32,634 nt of DNA from a virus. Lineage: Duplodnaviria; Caudoviricetes. The DNA lies in IMG/VR virus record IMGVR_UViG_3300037222_000050, positions 1 through 32,634 of that record; one strand, written 5' to 3'. The position numbers and the translations under genes were made by a program. Below, piece after piece: positions 7,793 through 17,700 of the stretch. Every line of letters begins with the position of its first letter. Within the stretch, counting starts at the first letter, position 1. The notes under the pieces were generated by a model that was given only the letters and a program-made list of their open reading frames with translations, did not search any database and was not told where the DNA came from.

Positions 7793-8801
7793 TTAGCTCC
7801 TCCTCGTCGCCATGACGCACGTAGGGTCCGTTCGGGCCAGATGTTCGTACCAATCCACGGTCGGCAAGTTCGGCATTCGTCATCGTCAACAATACCGCTT
7901 GTGATAATTGCGGCACGCGACGTTTTGGAGATTTTGGCTTAGCGGACTTAGCCTTCAGCACGTCTTCGTAAACCGCCCGCCGAGATTGCCATTCGGACCT
8001 GGCGCTGTCGAATTGCTTTTGCAGTTTTTCAACGTGCCCTCTAGCTTCGGAGATTTTTACTGCGCTGGCGTCCATGTCCGCGCCTAATTCGGCGTCCAGC
8101 GATGTTCGCTGAACAAGTTCATCAAGGCGTTTTTTAGCAACGTCGTATTGATTATGGGCAGGGCGGACGTGCGCGTCGTACCACTCATTGCCTTCCTTCG
8201 CTGAGGCAAATATGGCTGGTGAGGATGGATCAACCGATGCTTTTTCTTGCGGAGTTTCGGCGACGCTTGGCTTTACGTCTCCAAACACCTGATGATCTTT
8301 GGGATAAAATTTGTTGTTGGCCTTCTTTTTGTCTTCCTCTGTACGAATCCAGCCAAGCTCTTTCATTTTCACCCTTAAGGATTGCCAATAAGATGACGAA
8401 ACCCCGTTTATTTCGACGCTACCATCATCGTTAGATTTTATTTTCGCCTCTGGGAATCCTTCAATTTTATCCATTTTCTCTCCCGTTTTCTGCCCAGAGG
8501 TCTCTTTTGCCTCTGTGTCTACAATTGTAGACTTATCGGCATTATTGTCAACAGGAGTAGACTGTTTTTCGGAAGATTTTTCGGATTTATTTTTCGCTGG
8601 AGGTCCGCCTGGATGGACTTTCCCGTTTTCGACCCAGACGTGGTTGCCTTCGTCCGTCGTGACCCAGCGGCCTTTTTGATCGTCATCCGTAGAAAGGCAA
8701 GCCGAAACGAAACGGTCGATCATCCCGCCGAGCGGTGAATATGAAAACGTAATTGCTTTATTTTCGCGTAGCGAATCGATAAATTGATCGACAATATCCA
8801 T
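7779..8801 (-). CDS. Putative internal virion (ejected) protein with C-terminal coiled coil; possible internal start at 8474
   Basis: TGATG overlap; RWVTTDEGNHVWV motif, Lys/Ser-rich linker, helical heptad-like C-terminal half. Confidence 0.55.
   Translation of the reverse strand: MDIVDQFIDSLRENKAITFSYSPLGGMIDRFVSACLSTDDDQKGRWVTTDEGNHVWVENGKVHPGGPPAKNKSEKSSEKQSTPVDNNADKSTIVDTEAKETSGQKTGEKMDKIEGFPEAKIKSNDDGSVEINGVSSSYWQSLRVKMKELGWIRTEEDKKKANNKFYPKDHQVFGDVKPSVAETPQEKASVDPSSPAIFASAKEGNEWYDAHVRPAHNQYDVAKKRLDELVQRTSLDAELGADMDASAVKISEARGHVEKLQKQFDSARSEWQSRRAVYEDVLKAKSAKPKSPKRRVPQLSQAVLLTMTNAELADRGLVRTSGPNGPYVRHGDEEELNDHR
8524..8551 (-). promoter_or_regulatory. Near-consensus sigma70 promoter inside the 7779-8801 CDS
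   Basis: TTGACA (8551-8546), 16-nt spacer, TACAAT (8529-8524); followed by GGGAG SD and an in-frame ATG at 8474. Confidence 0.7.
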
Positions 8802-10030
8802 CAATACACCCCCGGCCACACGTCACCAAGATCCCCGCGGATAATCTGCGTTCTCCATCCTTCTCTGCCGTTAGCGTAGTCCTGCCGCCAGCAAACGCCG
8901 TCGACCTGGCTTCCCGCATAGAACGGTAACGCCCCCGCATACCGTTTATTCATGGCGCCCGACGTTCTCGAATAGATGAGGTCGAAATACTGGCTCACCC
9001 GTTCCGCCGCGATCAACCCAGCCGTGACAACATCCGCAGCGAGCGGCTGATTGTTCACATCATATCTTACAGCGAAATCGTCCCAGATAAAGCCCGTCCC
9101 CGGTGCCCCGGTGAAAGCCGCCGGCGCCGGAACGCTCACCGAATAAACGGAAGCCGTCGCCCATTGATTCGAGTCTTTCCGGACGGTTTCTTCCGTGCCA
9201 TATTGCTGATTGACTCGCCTGAAATAAACGATGACGGTTCCCGGCACGCGGGCCGCCCCGATATCGAGCGGTTCGAGATCATCTTGCAGGTTGGTCGCGT
9301 ATCGCGTCGTCATCCCGTCGAACACCGCGTCGGTGCCGCCCATCGACACGATCGAGTAGGCCGGGGATAGCGTCAGGTTGCACGCCACGCCCATGCCGAT
9401 ATGTTCGAGCATCGCGGACAGAGCTTGCCACGCCGGAACGCCGGGCAGGTTCCAGTTGGTCGGCGTTGAGAGCGGAGCCGATGGCAGGCCGGGGAACGCT
9501 CCCAGGATTGGCATCTGAGCCCAGACATCGCCGATCATGCCGCTCCATGTCCACGGCGAGCCGCCGAAACCACCGTTGAGGCTGGTATCGTAATAGAGGC
9601 CCGGATACGCCGGAGCTAGTACGTTGTAATACGAATTAGTCGGCAAAGCGAACCACTCGTTAGCGAGGACGCCTCGGGCGTCGGTCAGCTCGACCAGGTA
9701 GAGTGCCTTCGGATCGCCGGACAGCCCCGTAGTGACACAGCGGGCGGTGACGATGGACAATCCGCCGAAAGTGATCGGCTGCTGCCCCCTGGATTGAATG
9801 GTGAGCTGATAGGCGGTGCCGTAGCCGCGCACGAGGTCGTAATCGGCTCGGGACAAGAGGATCCAGCCGCGAGCCGGCATGTTGCCGGCCGGAACGTAGA
9901 GGCTGTTGGCACGAGCGAGTTCGGGCACGACCGGCCGGCCGAAGCGGTCGCGGTAGCGAGCGGCGTCGATGGGGTCGCAGAGTTGGACCTTCCGACCGGT
10001 GGAAGCGGGGAGGCCGAATGTTTGGGGCAT
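8801..10030 (-). CDS. Putative tail/baseplate hub-like structural protein
   Basis: 409 aa in tail cluster; YLVELTDARG and WQALSAMLEHIG are reminiscent of hub proteins; context-based call. Confidence 0.5.
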   Translation of the reverse strand: MPQTFGLPASTGRKVQLCDPIDAARYRDRFGRPVVPELARANSLYVPAGNMPARGWILLSRADYDLVRGYGTAYQLTIQSRGQQPITFGGLSIVTARCVTTGLSGDPKALYLVELTDARGVLANEWFALPTNSYYNVLAPAYPGLYYDTSLNGGFGGSPWTWSGMIGDVWAQMPILGAFPGLPSAPLSTPTNWNLPGVPAWQALSAMLEHIGMGVACNLTLSPAYSIVSMGGTDAVFDGMTTRYATNLQDDLEPLDIGAARVPGTVIVYFRRVNQQYGTEETVRKDSNQWATASVYSVSVPAPAAFTGAPGTGFIWDDFAVRYDVNNQPLAADVVTAGLIAAERVSQYFDLIYSRTSGAMNKRYAGALPFYAGSQVDGVCWRQDYANGREGWRTQIIRGDLGDVWPGVY

Positions 10031-10034
10031 TGCT

Positions 10035-10874
10035 TCATACCTCCCGCATCATCCAGAGAGCGATGGCGATATCCGTCTCTTTGTTTCGCTTCAGGACGGC
10101 AAGCGTTTTGTCTTCGATGATTTTTTCAGTCTTATCGGGTAGCGGCTTCTCTTTGCGATTTTCCTTGATGACGCCGGCGAGAACCACGCCGTAGCCGCCC
10201 CCGCCGCCTGTGCCGGGATTTATCGGCGTCGGTGGAACGGGCGGAGTCGGTATGAACTGCGTGAGCGTCGCCGGCTGGCCGGTGATGGTGAACGAGCCCG
10301 GATCGCAAGCGAGCGAGTATGCAGTGCCCTGGCCGCTGAAGGCTAACGTTGCCGCGTTGCCCGTAAGCGAGAAAGATCCCGATGCGCAAGCCAGTTGCCG
10401 AGCCGCCAGTAGTGAGGCGGTCGAGCCGGTGATCGAGAATGAGCCGGACGCTAATGCGATTTGCCTAGTTGCCAGCACCGAAGCGGTTAAGCCTGTTATC
10501 GCGAACGAGCCGGACGCTGATGCGATCTGCCTGGTCGCCAGCAGCGAAGCGGTCGAACCAGTTATCGCGAACGATCCTGCTGCGCAAGGCAGCAAGCGAG
10601 TAGCGAGAGCGGATGCGGCGTTGCCGGTGATGCTGAAAGAACCGGCGGCGCAAGGCAGCTTGCGTGCGGCCAGAGCGGAGATCGTCGAGCCGGTGATCGC
10701 GAAGGAACCGGCGGCGCAAGCCAACTTTCTCTGGGCGGTAAGCGTTGCGGCTTGCCCCGTTATCGCGAAGCTGCCGGATGCGGCCGCCAATGTATATTCA
10801 AAGGCGATGCCAGCAAACAAATTGAGAGATGGCAGATGCGGCTTGATCGGAAATGAACGCCCTGACCTAGCCAT
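10035..10874 (-). CDS. Repeat-rich tail fibre-like protein
   Basis: Eight 22-aa repeats, then Pro-rich, Gly-rich and Lys/Glu-rich segments. Confidence 0.65.
   Translation of the reverse strand: MARSGRSFPIKPHLPSLNLFAGIAFEYTLAAASGSFAITGQAATLTAQRKLACAAGSFAITGSTISALAARKLPCAAGSFSITGNAASALATRLLPCAAGSFAITGSTASLLATRQIASASGSFAITGLTASVLATRQIALASGSFSITGSTASLLAARQLACASGSFSLTGNAATLAFSGQGTAYSLACDPGSFTITGQPATLTQFIPTPPVPPTPINPGTGGGGGYGVVLAGVIKENRKEKPLPDKTEKIIEDKTLAVLKRNKETDIAIALWMMREV
10265..10797 (-). repeat. Degenerate 66-nt coding repeats, 8 copies (R.L.C/A.AGSF.ITG..A.L.A)
   Basis: Period of 22 aa visible in the translation. Confidence 0.85.
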
Positions 10875-11220
10875 GTTCTACCTGCGTGTAATGGGTGTCT
10901 TCCGCTCTCAAGAAAAACCACCGCAACTGATCGCTCAAAATTCCCGTCAAGTAAACACCGTAGATGTTGGCAAGAACCTGATCCATTCGTAGATCGTGTT
11001 CGCTCGGCAATGGCATATCGGCTGTGTGCGTGTGAACGGTTCCAATCGCTTCCCTAAGACCGTCTATATGCACGCTTCTACCTAATCTATCCCGGCCAGA
11101 TTCTACGATGTCTGAAATGCAAAAAAAATCTCCCTGTACCGTTCCGACTACAACCCACGCCGACTCTAAGCCATCCATCGCGGGGCGAAGATTGATCGGA
11201 AACGGGCAGACAATTCTCAT
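10867..11220 (-). CDS. Stand-alone JAB/MPN+ (JAMM) metalloprotease domain protein
   Basis: Exact H-x-H-x7-S-x2-D motif (GTVHTHTADMPLPSEHD) with upstream catalytic-type Glu (LESAWVVVG); ATG 11220 overlaps the upstream TGA. Confidence 0.8.
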   Translation of the reverse strand: MRIVCPFPINLRPAMDGLESAWVVVGTVQGDFFCISDIVESGRDRLGRSVHIDGLREAIGTVHTHTADMPLPSEHDLRMDQVLANIYGVYLTGILSDQLRWFFLRAEDTHYTQVEHG

Positions 11221-11978
11221 GTTTCGATGATAATCCAGACGTACATATTGACCGTCGTCCCAAACGTAACGCGGCATCGCAGATAGTTTTGCGGCACCAA
11301 TTCAAACTCGCGACCCAGTGGGAACTGATAAACATATGGCCCGGTCGGCGGCAGCATGACAAGATCGGCGGCGCGATAGGCCGCTGCGGTTCCTTCCGTG
11401 ACAGATGTTGTCGCGAATCCAGACGTAGCCGTAGAAAGGTTGAACGGAACGCCAGTAGCCCCAGCCGTGTTCGCTGTGCCATTGGAGGGATAGTATGGCT
11501 GGAAATCACCAGCCGCGAACGCGGTAGTCATGGTGGCAGCAGCCGTGTTCTCAAATAGCTCTACCTGCCCTGGCGTTGCGGCGGCAGACCCGTCAAAGGA
11601 GCACCCCCAGGCGATGATCCGAGCATTGACGCTGAGAGCCGTCCTGACCTGGATCATGGTGCGAATAGCGGTGCCGGTCGGTTGCTTAACAGGTGCTGCG
11701 GTGGTCGTTGCCGTGGAATTGAAAACCATGTAGGCCGGCGCTTGCCTTCGCAACGTCACCCGCTGAATGATCCGCGTGATATCTGCGTTGCTCTTGTGAT
11801 CCTCCCAATGTTGGGAAAGATTCCAGCGTTCAAGATCGTGCGGACTGTATGCTCGCACGTTCTTCCACTCGCGACGTTTTGCGAGAGCGTCATTGTGGGC
11901 TTGCAGGATGGCGCGAGGATGCCAGTCGGGTACTTGCATTTCTCGACCGATGATGTCCTTGACAGTTACGAGTGACAT
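11217..11978 (-). CDS. Putative virion structural protein
   Basis: Charged ~80-aa N-terminal part followed by a Thr/Ala-rich beta domain; AAGGAG SD. Confidence 0.6.
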   Translation of the reverse strand: MSLVTVKDIIGREMQVPDWHPRAILQAHNDALAKRREWKNVRAYSPHDLERWNLSQHWEDHKSNADITRIIQRVTLRRQAPAYMVFNSTATTTAAPVKQPTGTAIRTMIQVRTALSVNARIIAWGCSFDGSAAATPGQVELFENTAAATMTTAFAAGDFQPYYPSNGTANTAGATGVPFNLSTATSGFATTSVTEGTAAAYRAADLVMLPPTGPYVYQFPLGREFELVPQNYLRCRVTFGTTVNMYVWIIIET

Positions 11979-11987
11979 TATTTCTCC

Positions 11988-12704
11988 TTACCAGCTAGAT
12001 GCACGGATAATGGGCGGACGCTGTGCGACAATTGGTCCAGTTGGATAGGGCAGGTAAATGTTCGTGTTAGGGTCTGTCGCGCCCCTGCTCGTGCCTGTGA
12101 GTGTGCCATTGTTGCCATTGCCGCTAACGTCTGGTTCTGGCGACACCAATCCAAACAGAGGTAAATACGCCTGCAAATTGGAAGTGTTGACTTTGTTTGG
12201 TATCCAGCCACTTGCTAAATCAACTATCTGATTCACGCTAAAGGCCGCACTCCACAATGCGAAGTGTGCTATCTGCCCATTGAAATATTCTGCCGATCCG
12301 AACAACTCTCCTATATATAACGATGCCAGCGATGTGCAATCGGGCGTACCGCTAAAACTAAGCGATCCATCCTGGACACCGTTCACGTAGAGCAGAAGCG
12401 TCGTCCCGTCATACGTTCCGGCTATGTGATACCACACTCCGGTAGACAGTGTTGTTGCTCCCTCGACTCCGTGAAAAGTGCTCGCGCCAGTAGAAAATAA
12501 CACTCGCGCCTGAGATACGGTATTGACTCCGAGGTTGTAATCTCGTTTGCCAAGCGGCTCGCCATAGCAGCAGATGGAGCGATAAGTGCCGCCGCCAAGT
12601 ACAGCGCCATTTATCCATGTCGAAACAGTCCAGGTCGTTTGCCGCAACGAAACTCCGTTGCCGCAATTGATTGCGTCTGAACTGCCGTTGAATGATCTCG
12701 ACAC
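11988..12704 (-). CDS. LamG/concanavalin A-like lectin domain protein (tail-associated)
   Basis: FNGSSD.I, TVSTWI, WYHIAGTYDG..LLLYVNG, LYIG, FNGQIAHFALWS.A. Confidence 0.88.
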   Translation of the reverse strand: MSRSFNGSSDAINCGNGVSLRQTTWTVSTWINGAVLGGGTYRSICCYGEPLGKRDYNLGVNTVSQARVLFSTGASTFHGVEGATTLSTGVWYHIAGTYDGTTLLLYVNGVQDGSLSFSGTPDCTSLASLYIGELFGSAEYFNGQIAHFALWSAAFSVNQIVDLASGWIPNKVNTSNLQAYLPLFGLVSPEPDVSGNGNNGTLTGTSRGATDPNTNIYLPYPTGPIVAQRPPIIRASSW

Positions 12705-12717
12705 CGATCACCACCCC

Positions 12718-13554
12718 TTAAACAAACGCATTCCACACCGTAGAAACGGCGTTGGCAATGTGAGCGTCCGTAACCGCCGCCTGTCCATTGACTCCACCAG
12801 CCCCAAAGTCCGTCAAGATTGTTGCATCGGTGCATACCGCTGGAGCCATCATCGACGCGGCCCATGACAGATTCTTGATTGCGTTACCGGCGAACTGCGC
12901 ACGCTGAACGTGTAGATTGGCGTTGACGCCCATCGTCGTATGAGCAACTGAGGCGTTTGGGCTTGCCCCGCCCGTCAAAGCGTTCGCGGTGATAGTCATC
13001 AACCGCTGCGGCATGTTGCCAAGAACTCCAGCCCATGTAACTGCAATCGGTGTGCCTGGAAATGGGCCTCCAGAGCAGAACACGTCGTTGTTGCCGATTT
13101 GGGCCAGAGCCGCAATAATCGCTTGTACGTCACCAGCAACGGCATTGAACGGGATGATAGCGATTGGCGTTCCCGAGAACACTAAAGCAAACGAACCGCT
13201 GCCGGTTGCAGCTGCCGATAGGGTCAAAGCCGTAGCCGAGGTGATCGCGGCAATCGTTGTGCCTGCTGGGATGTTGGGGCCAGCGACAGCCATACCGACG
13301 AACATACCCACGGTCGAGGTTAAAGCCGTTACAGCGGTTGTCGTGGCCAGCGTGCCGGTCTGGTTGATGACAACCGACCCAGGAAGCGTGCCTAACGATA
13401 TCGTGCCGCCCGTTGGCGTGCCCGTCACAGTGATCGTCTGCACATCGTTGGCGACTTCGTTGATGATTGCTATAGCTGAAGTTGCAATCTGCTCTTGCAA
13501 TCTTGCGAGAAACGATCCTTGACTGGCCAGCAACGCACTGTCTGATAATGCCAT
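12718..13554 (-). CDS. Minor tail/fibre-like structural protein
   Basis: NDVQTITVTGTPTGGTISL and IPFNA.AGDVQA.IAAL..IG pattern with an inserted beta domain (VGM.V.G..IPAGTTI). Confidence 0.65.
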   Translation of the reverse strand: MALSDSALLASQGSFLARLQEQIATSAIAIINEVANDVQTITVTGTPTGGTISLGTLPGSVVINQTGTLATTTAVTALTSTVGMFVGMAVAGPNIPAGTTIAAITSATALTLSAAATGSGSFALVFSGTPIAIIPFNAVAGDVQAIIAALAQIGNNDVFCSGGPFPGTPIAVTWAGVLGNMPQRLMTITANALTGGASPNASVAHTTMGVNANLHVQRAQFAGNAIKNLSWAASMMAPAVCTDATILTDFGAGGVNGQAAVTDAHIANAVSTVWNAFV

Positions 13555-13566
13555 GTTATTCCCCGG

Positions 13567-13842
13567 TTAGAGTTCCGTCCCAAATACGCCCATATCCCCA
13601 GGCTCCGCCACGATGATGAAGTGCCGCAATCCGGCTTCATCGATCCAAAACGTTCCCTTGCGTTTTACTGCCGATTCCACTTCGACCGCCGAAACGTAAG
13701 AGGAACCGCTGCGCGATGCAGCGATGGCGAACTCCTCTTCGGCGACCACTTCGCCGGGCAGTTCGTTCTCGATACGCACCCACTGGATCAGGATGCGCAC
13801 TCCATCAGCTACGAAGATCGGGGTGATTTTAGCTCGGATCAT
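13567..13842 (-). CDS. Hypothetical protein (91 aa)
   Basis: Fills gap in the co-oriented run; AGGA SD. Confidence 0.55.
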   Translation of the reverse strand: MIRAKITPIFVADGVRILIQWVRIENELPGEVVAEEEFAIAASRSGSSYVSAVEVESAVKRKGTFWIDEAGLRHFIIVAEPGDMGVFGTEL

Positions 13843-13849
13843 GATATTC

Positions 13850-14326
13850 CTACGCGATGGTTAAGATCGCCGCTCCCGTGTGTGTTACCGTGAACGTCTC
13901 ACCAATCTGAAGCGTGATCTGCGAGCCGTAGTCCCACCAGCCTATCGGCGTCCGCGTCGTCGCCGCTCCCGCCGTGGTATCGTAGGCCAAGACGTAGCGA
14001 AGCGGCCCGATAGTGCCACCGCTTGCCGTCCATACCGATGGATCGCCTCCCGTATTGAGTGTGCCGGTGCCGCCGCTCAGGGTGAACGTCGGACCGCCCA
14101 GAGCGTTGCCGCCAGCCGTATAGCCGTTGCCGTTGGCAACTTCGGCGGCTCCTGATCCGGTCATCGTGTGAGCGCTGGTGTTAAACGCCGTGTCCGTAGC
14201 GAGCGGAGGCGTAGCTCCATCGAGTAAAGCATCCTTGATGCCGTCCGTGTTGAGGTTGAGTTGCCCGGCTGCCCCGGCACCGGATAGGGCTTTCAGGAAT
14301 TGATTTATTTTGTTGAACGCAACCAT
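13850..14326 (-). CDS. Conserved phage virion structural protein (minor tail type)
   Basis: LNTD.IK.AL, EVA.GNGYTAGG..L, WTASGGTIGP.RY, WDYGS.ITL..GETFTV pattern common in phage structural modules. Confidence 0.7.
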   Translation of the reverse strand: MVAFNKINQFLKALSGAGAAGQLNLNTDGIKDALLDGATPPLATDTAFNTSAHTMTGSGAAEVANGNGYTAGGNALGGPTFTLSGGTGTLNTGGDPSVWTASGGTIGPLRYVLAYDTTAGAATTRTPIGWWDYGSQITLQIGETFTVTHTGAAILTIA

Positions 14327-14329
14327 GAT

Positions 14330-14734
14330 TTATTGCTCCTTGATCGTCGATGTTGTCCCATCGGAGTGCGTGATTTCGAGCGTCTTTTTTTCGACCTTCT
14401 CTTTGACCGGCTTCGCTGTCTCGAGGTTCTTTATCTCGCGGAGCAAATCCCTGATCTGTTCATTCTGCGTCGTCACCGTTGCGAGTAACGCTTGCACCAT
14501 ATCGCGGAGCGATGCTGTCGAGGCGTCCGCCGTGCTGAACATCGCCGATGCCTTGTTGTTGTGATCAACCATCGACACGGTGAAAGCCGACAGGATCTCT
14601 TGCACGCCACGAAGATCGGTATTGACGATAGCAGGCGGAGCGATGACGTATCTGGGCTCTGCACTCGCTTTGACCTGAGCCTCCCGAACCATGTCGGAGG
14701 CGGCCTGAAACAGGATATCTTGTTCGCGGCTCAT
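14330..14734 (-). CDS. Hypothetical coiled-coil protein coupled to MuF-ART
   Basis: ATGA overlap with the MuF stop; GGAGG SD. Confidence 0.6.
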   Translation of the reverse strand: MSREQDILFQAASDMVREAQVKASAEPRYVIAPPAIVNTDLRGVQEILSAFTVSMVDHNNKASAMFSTADASTASLRDMVQALLATVTTQNEQIRDLLREIKNLETAKPVKEKVEKKTLEITHSDGTTSTIKEQ

Positions 14735-17700
14735 TGAAAGCCTCCGTTCGGTTTGCTATCCATCTTATTCGCCGATGGAACGGCGGCTTCGAGCTTTTGG
14801 CGAAAAATCCTGTAAAGTTCGTCATCTGTCTGTTTGGCAAGATCCAACGTTGATAGGCTCGCTGCTCCGCTCATCGCACCTTGGAGTTTCTTGCGGGCTT
14901 CCGCGTAGAGTTCGGCGTCGGTTTTTTCGGGTTCTTTGGGCGGTTGCTCGATATCGGTCAGACTTTGTCCGATGCCGCCGAAGCCAGACTTACCCGTATC
15001 GTATGTATGTTTCAACTCGCGAACATGGCTTTCGAGCTTCATGAGGATCGCTCGCTTGTTTCTGTTCGTGGGCGCCCATTTCATATGAGCGACGATCTCT
15101 CTTAGCTGGTCGATGTTCAATCCCCGCAACTTATCGAAAAACTCGTCCAGGTCCGCATGGGTCAATGACGAATCGCTCCCCGCTCGCTCGTGGATTTTCT
15201 CGAACGCCTGAACATGACCGCCATCGGCGGTGAACTTTCCTTGCGCGTCGTGCTCATGGCCCGCAGCATCGAGGACGCCGAATGAAATCGGCACCGAAAG
15301 ATTAACCGACAATTCCTTGTCGGCATCTTCAACAAACTCGGCTTTTATTCGCCACTTGCCGGTTTCGTCTTTTTTCGCCTCGGTGACTTTAAACTTGGAT
15401 CCTCTGGGAAAAAGCCATTCCGCTTCACCGGTGATATCTAATGCATCGATATATGCGCCGGGAGTTCCCTTTTTTCCGTCGATCTCAAGTACGGCATTGG
15501 TTGCATCTTTGTGTCTGGAGAATTCTTCGGATATCTTTTTCGCTATGGTCCCCGACATATACGACTTGTCAACAAAAACTCCGCCCGTTTTCGCCAATTC
15601 AATAAGGCTCTCGGCAAATTCTCCGCGAACCCCGCGATATATTTTTATGGGCTCGGACAATCCGCCCTTAGCGAGAGCAGCATCAAGTCCGCTGATGACC
15701 TGCGGCGTCTTGCCGCTAGTTTTTTCAGGGGCTACCTCCCGCCTTAATTCTCCGTTAATTGTCTCATAACCGCCGCCCGAATAGGCTTCAACGGCCCACT
15801 TCTCTTCTTTGGTCAAGCCTGACGCCCATGAAGAGAAGTTGTCTTTCCCCCACTTGTGAGCGTCTTTGACTTTTTCAAAGGTCAATAAATTCTGTTCGCC
15901 AACATCGCCGATCTTGCCGCCCGCTTCGCCGATGCCGGTAAATTGGCCGCCGCCTTCGCCTTTGCCCTTATGTTCGTGGCCCGCATCGTCGAGGACGCCG
16001 AACAGCATCGACTCGGCGGAGAACTGAATGGATAGCGGCATCCCCGACAAACTTCGCTGAAAGCCCGGCGGCGGCCGGAAGCTCGGCATCGGCACGAACG
16101 CCCTATCGGTCGGTTCGACTCCCGTCTCAATCCACGTGATCGCTTCCTGGATGCCAGCGCGAGCGGCTTGACGGACGGACATGGCGGTCCATCCGCAGCG
16201 GCAATTATAGTCCCACGGACTGCGGAATAAGATGAACACCGGATCGTCGATGCGGTAGATGTTCGTGCCCTGGATGCCCATCGTCGCCAGAGCAAGATGA
16301 TTGTGCCGAGCACGATCATCGTCGATCGGGTCGATGGAAGCGTAAGGGAACCCGCTCCGCACGAACGGATGAGAAAGCACCGTCATCTGCCCATCGCTGA
16401 ACGCCGTCTGGATGTTGGTCCGATAGACGTTCTCGAGATGAGCATCCGACATGAACGTGCCTTCATCGACAGCCGCCAGCACTCGCTCCCGAAACGTTTG
16501 CACGTCAACGCCATCCTTGACGGTCTCGGCCATCACATTGCGGATCTTGGTCTGCGTGTCCATCGATTCGACCTGAGCGACCGTGAACGCTTTCTGGCGA
16601 GCGGCGGAATCAAGCAAGTCGAATTGCTCGCGGGTCATCACGTTTTTCTCGGCCAGCTCGCGGGCCGCTTCGTCGATGATCGGATAGTGGATTCGTTCGG
16701 GTTCACCGGATACCGCTTGCGGCACGAAGCCCTGCAACGGCGGCTCGCCGCCTTGCTGCTGAGCCATGATGCCTTGACGAGCGAACGTCTGCTGATCGGC
16801 GGGGAGTTTGTAGATTGCCTCTTCGCGCGTTGCTGTGTCCATCAAACGCAAGCGTTCTAATAGTTCCAGTGCGTGCGAGGGTTCCAAGGTTGCAGGCGGA
16901 TTGGCTGCGTTCGGGAAATTCGGGATGATCGGAATATTCTTGGCAACGTCGCGAGCGCCTTCAAGCAAGCTGGCGAGTTGCGTCGTGGTGAGCAAGTCGG
17001 CCAGTTGCACGCGATATTTGGCGATGAACTTGAGGAGCGATTGCGACAGTTCGTAGGGGTCCGAGGTGCGCAGCGACTTCTCCAGGTCTTTGCGTGCGGA
17101 CGCGGTGAGCTTTTTGGAGATTGCTATGGTGCGATTCAAAATTCCTTGTGCCCGGCGGTTTTCGATGTCATGGGCGAAGAAGGCCGAAGCAGACGGCTTG
17201 CGATAATAATAAATCAAGTTGTTCGCACTGGGCAACATTAAGTCAGGTCGTTCTAAGTAATAACCTCCTCTTGGATTGTCCATGTTGCTAATCGGCTGAG
17301 TCCACGACTCGCCGACGATATCTCCCGCTTGCAGAGCGTCGTGCAGAATCTGCAAAACCTGATCGGGCTCGATGCTGCTGTCCAGTTCCTTAGCCTTTTT
17401 CTCAATTTCGGTCACGCTAATGCTTTCAGATTTATCGTATTTTTTAATCTCGCCGAGAATTGCTTTCTTTACTTCATCGGATGGAGACTTTGCTGCCTTG
17501 ATTTCTCCAAGACGCGCGCTGACAGCTTCGCGGTCCAGGCGGTAATTATTCGATTCGTTTGGCGTCCAAGAAAGAAACTCCTTTTGCCATTCGCTAGTTG
17601 TTTTTTTGGACGGAGATTGAATCTTCTTTTTTTGCAGAGCGTCAAGAATTTCTTGCCGATTCTTGGGTTTATCTTTTCCTTTCTTTCCAACAAACTCCCC

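Noticed and set aside
10210-10992. 260-aa + strand ORF with repeats
   Set aside because: Mirror of the - strand fibre gene
11121-11128. T8 run in the JAB gene as a phase-variation site
   Set aside because: Short tract explained by Asp-Phe-Phe-Cys codons; no supporting evidence
11988-12704. Diversity-generating retroelement target in the lectin gene
   Set aside because: No reverse transcriptase or template/variable repeat pair in the window
15850-15890. Internal promoter before the ART domain (TTGACC on - strand)
   Set aside because: No -10 element at suitable spacing and no clear SD/ATG
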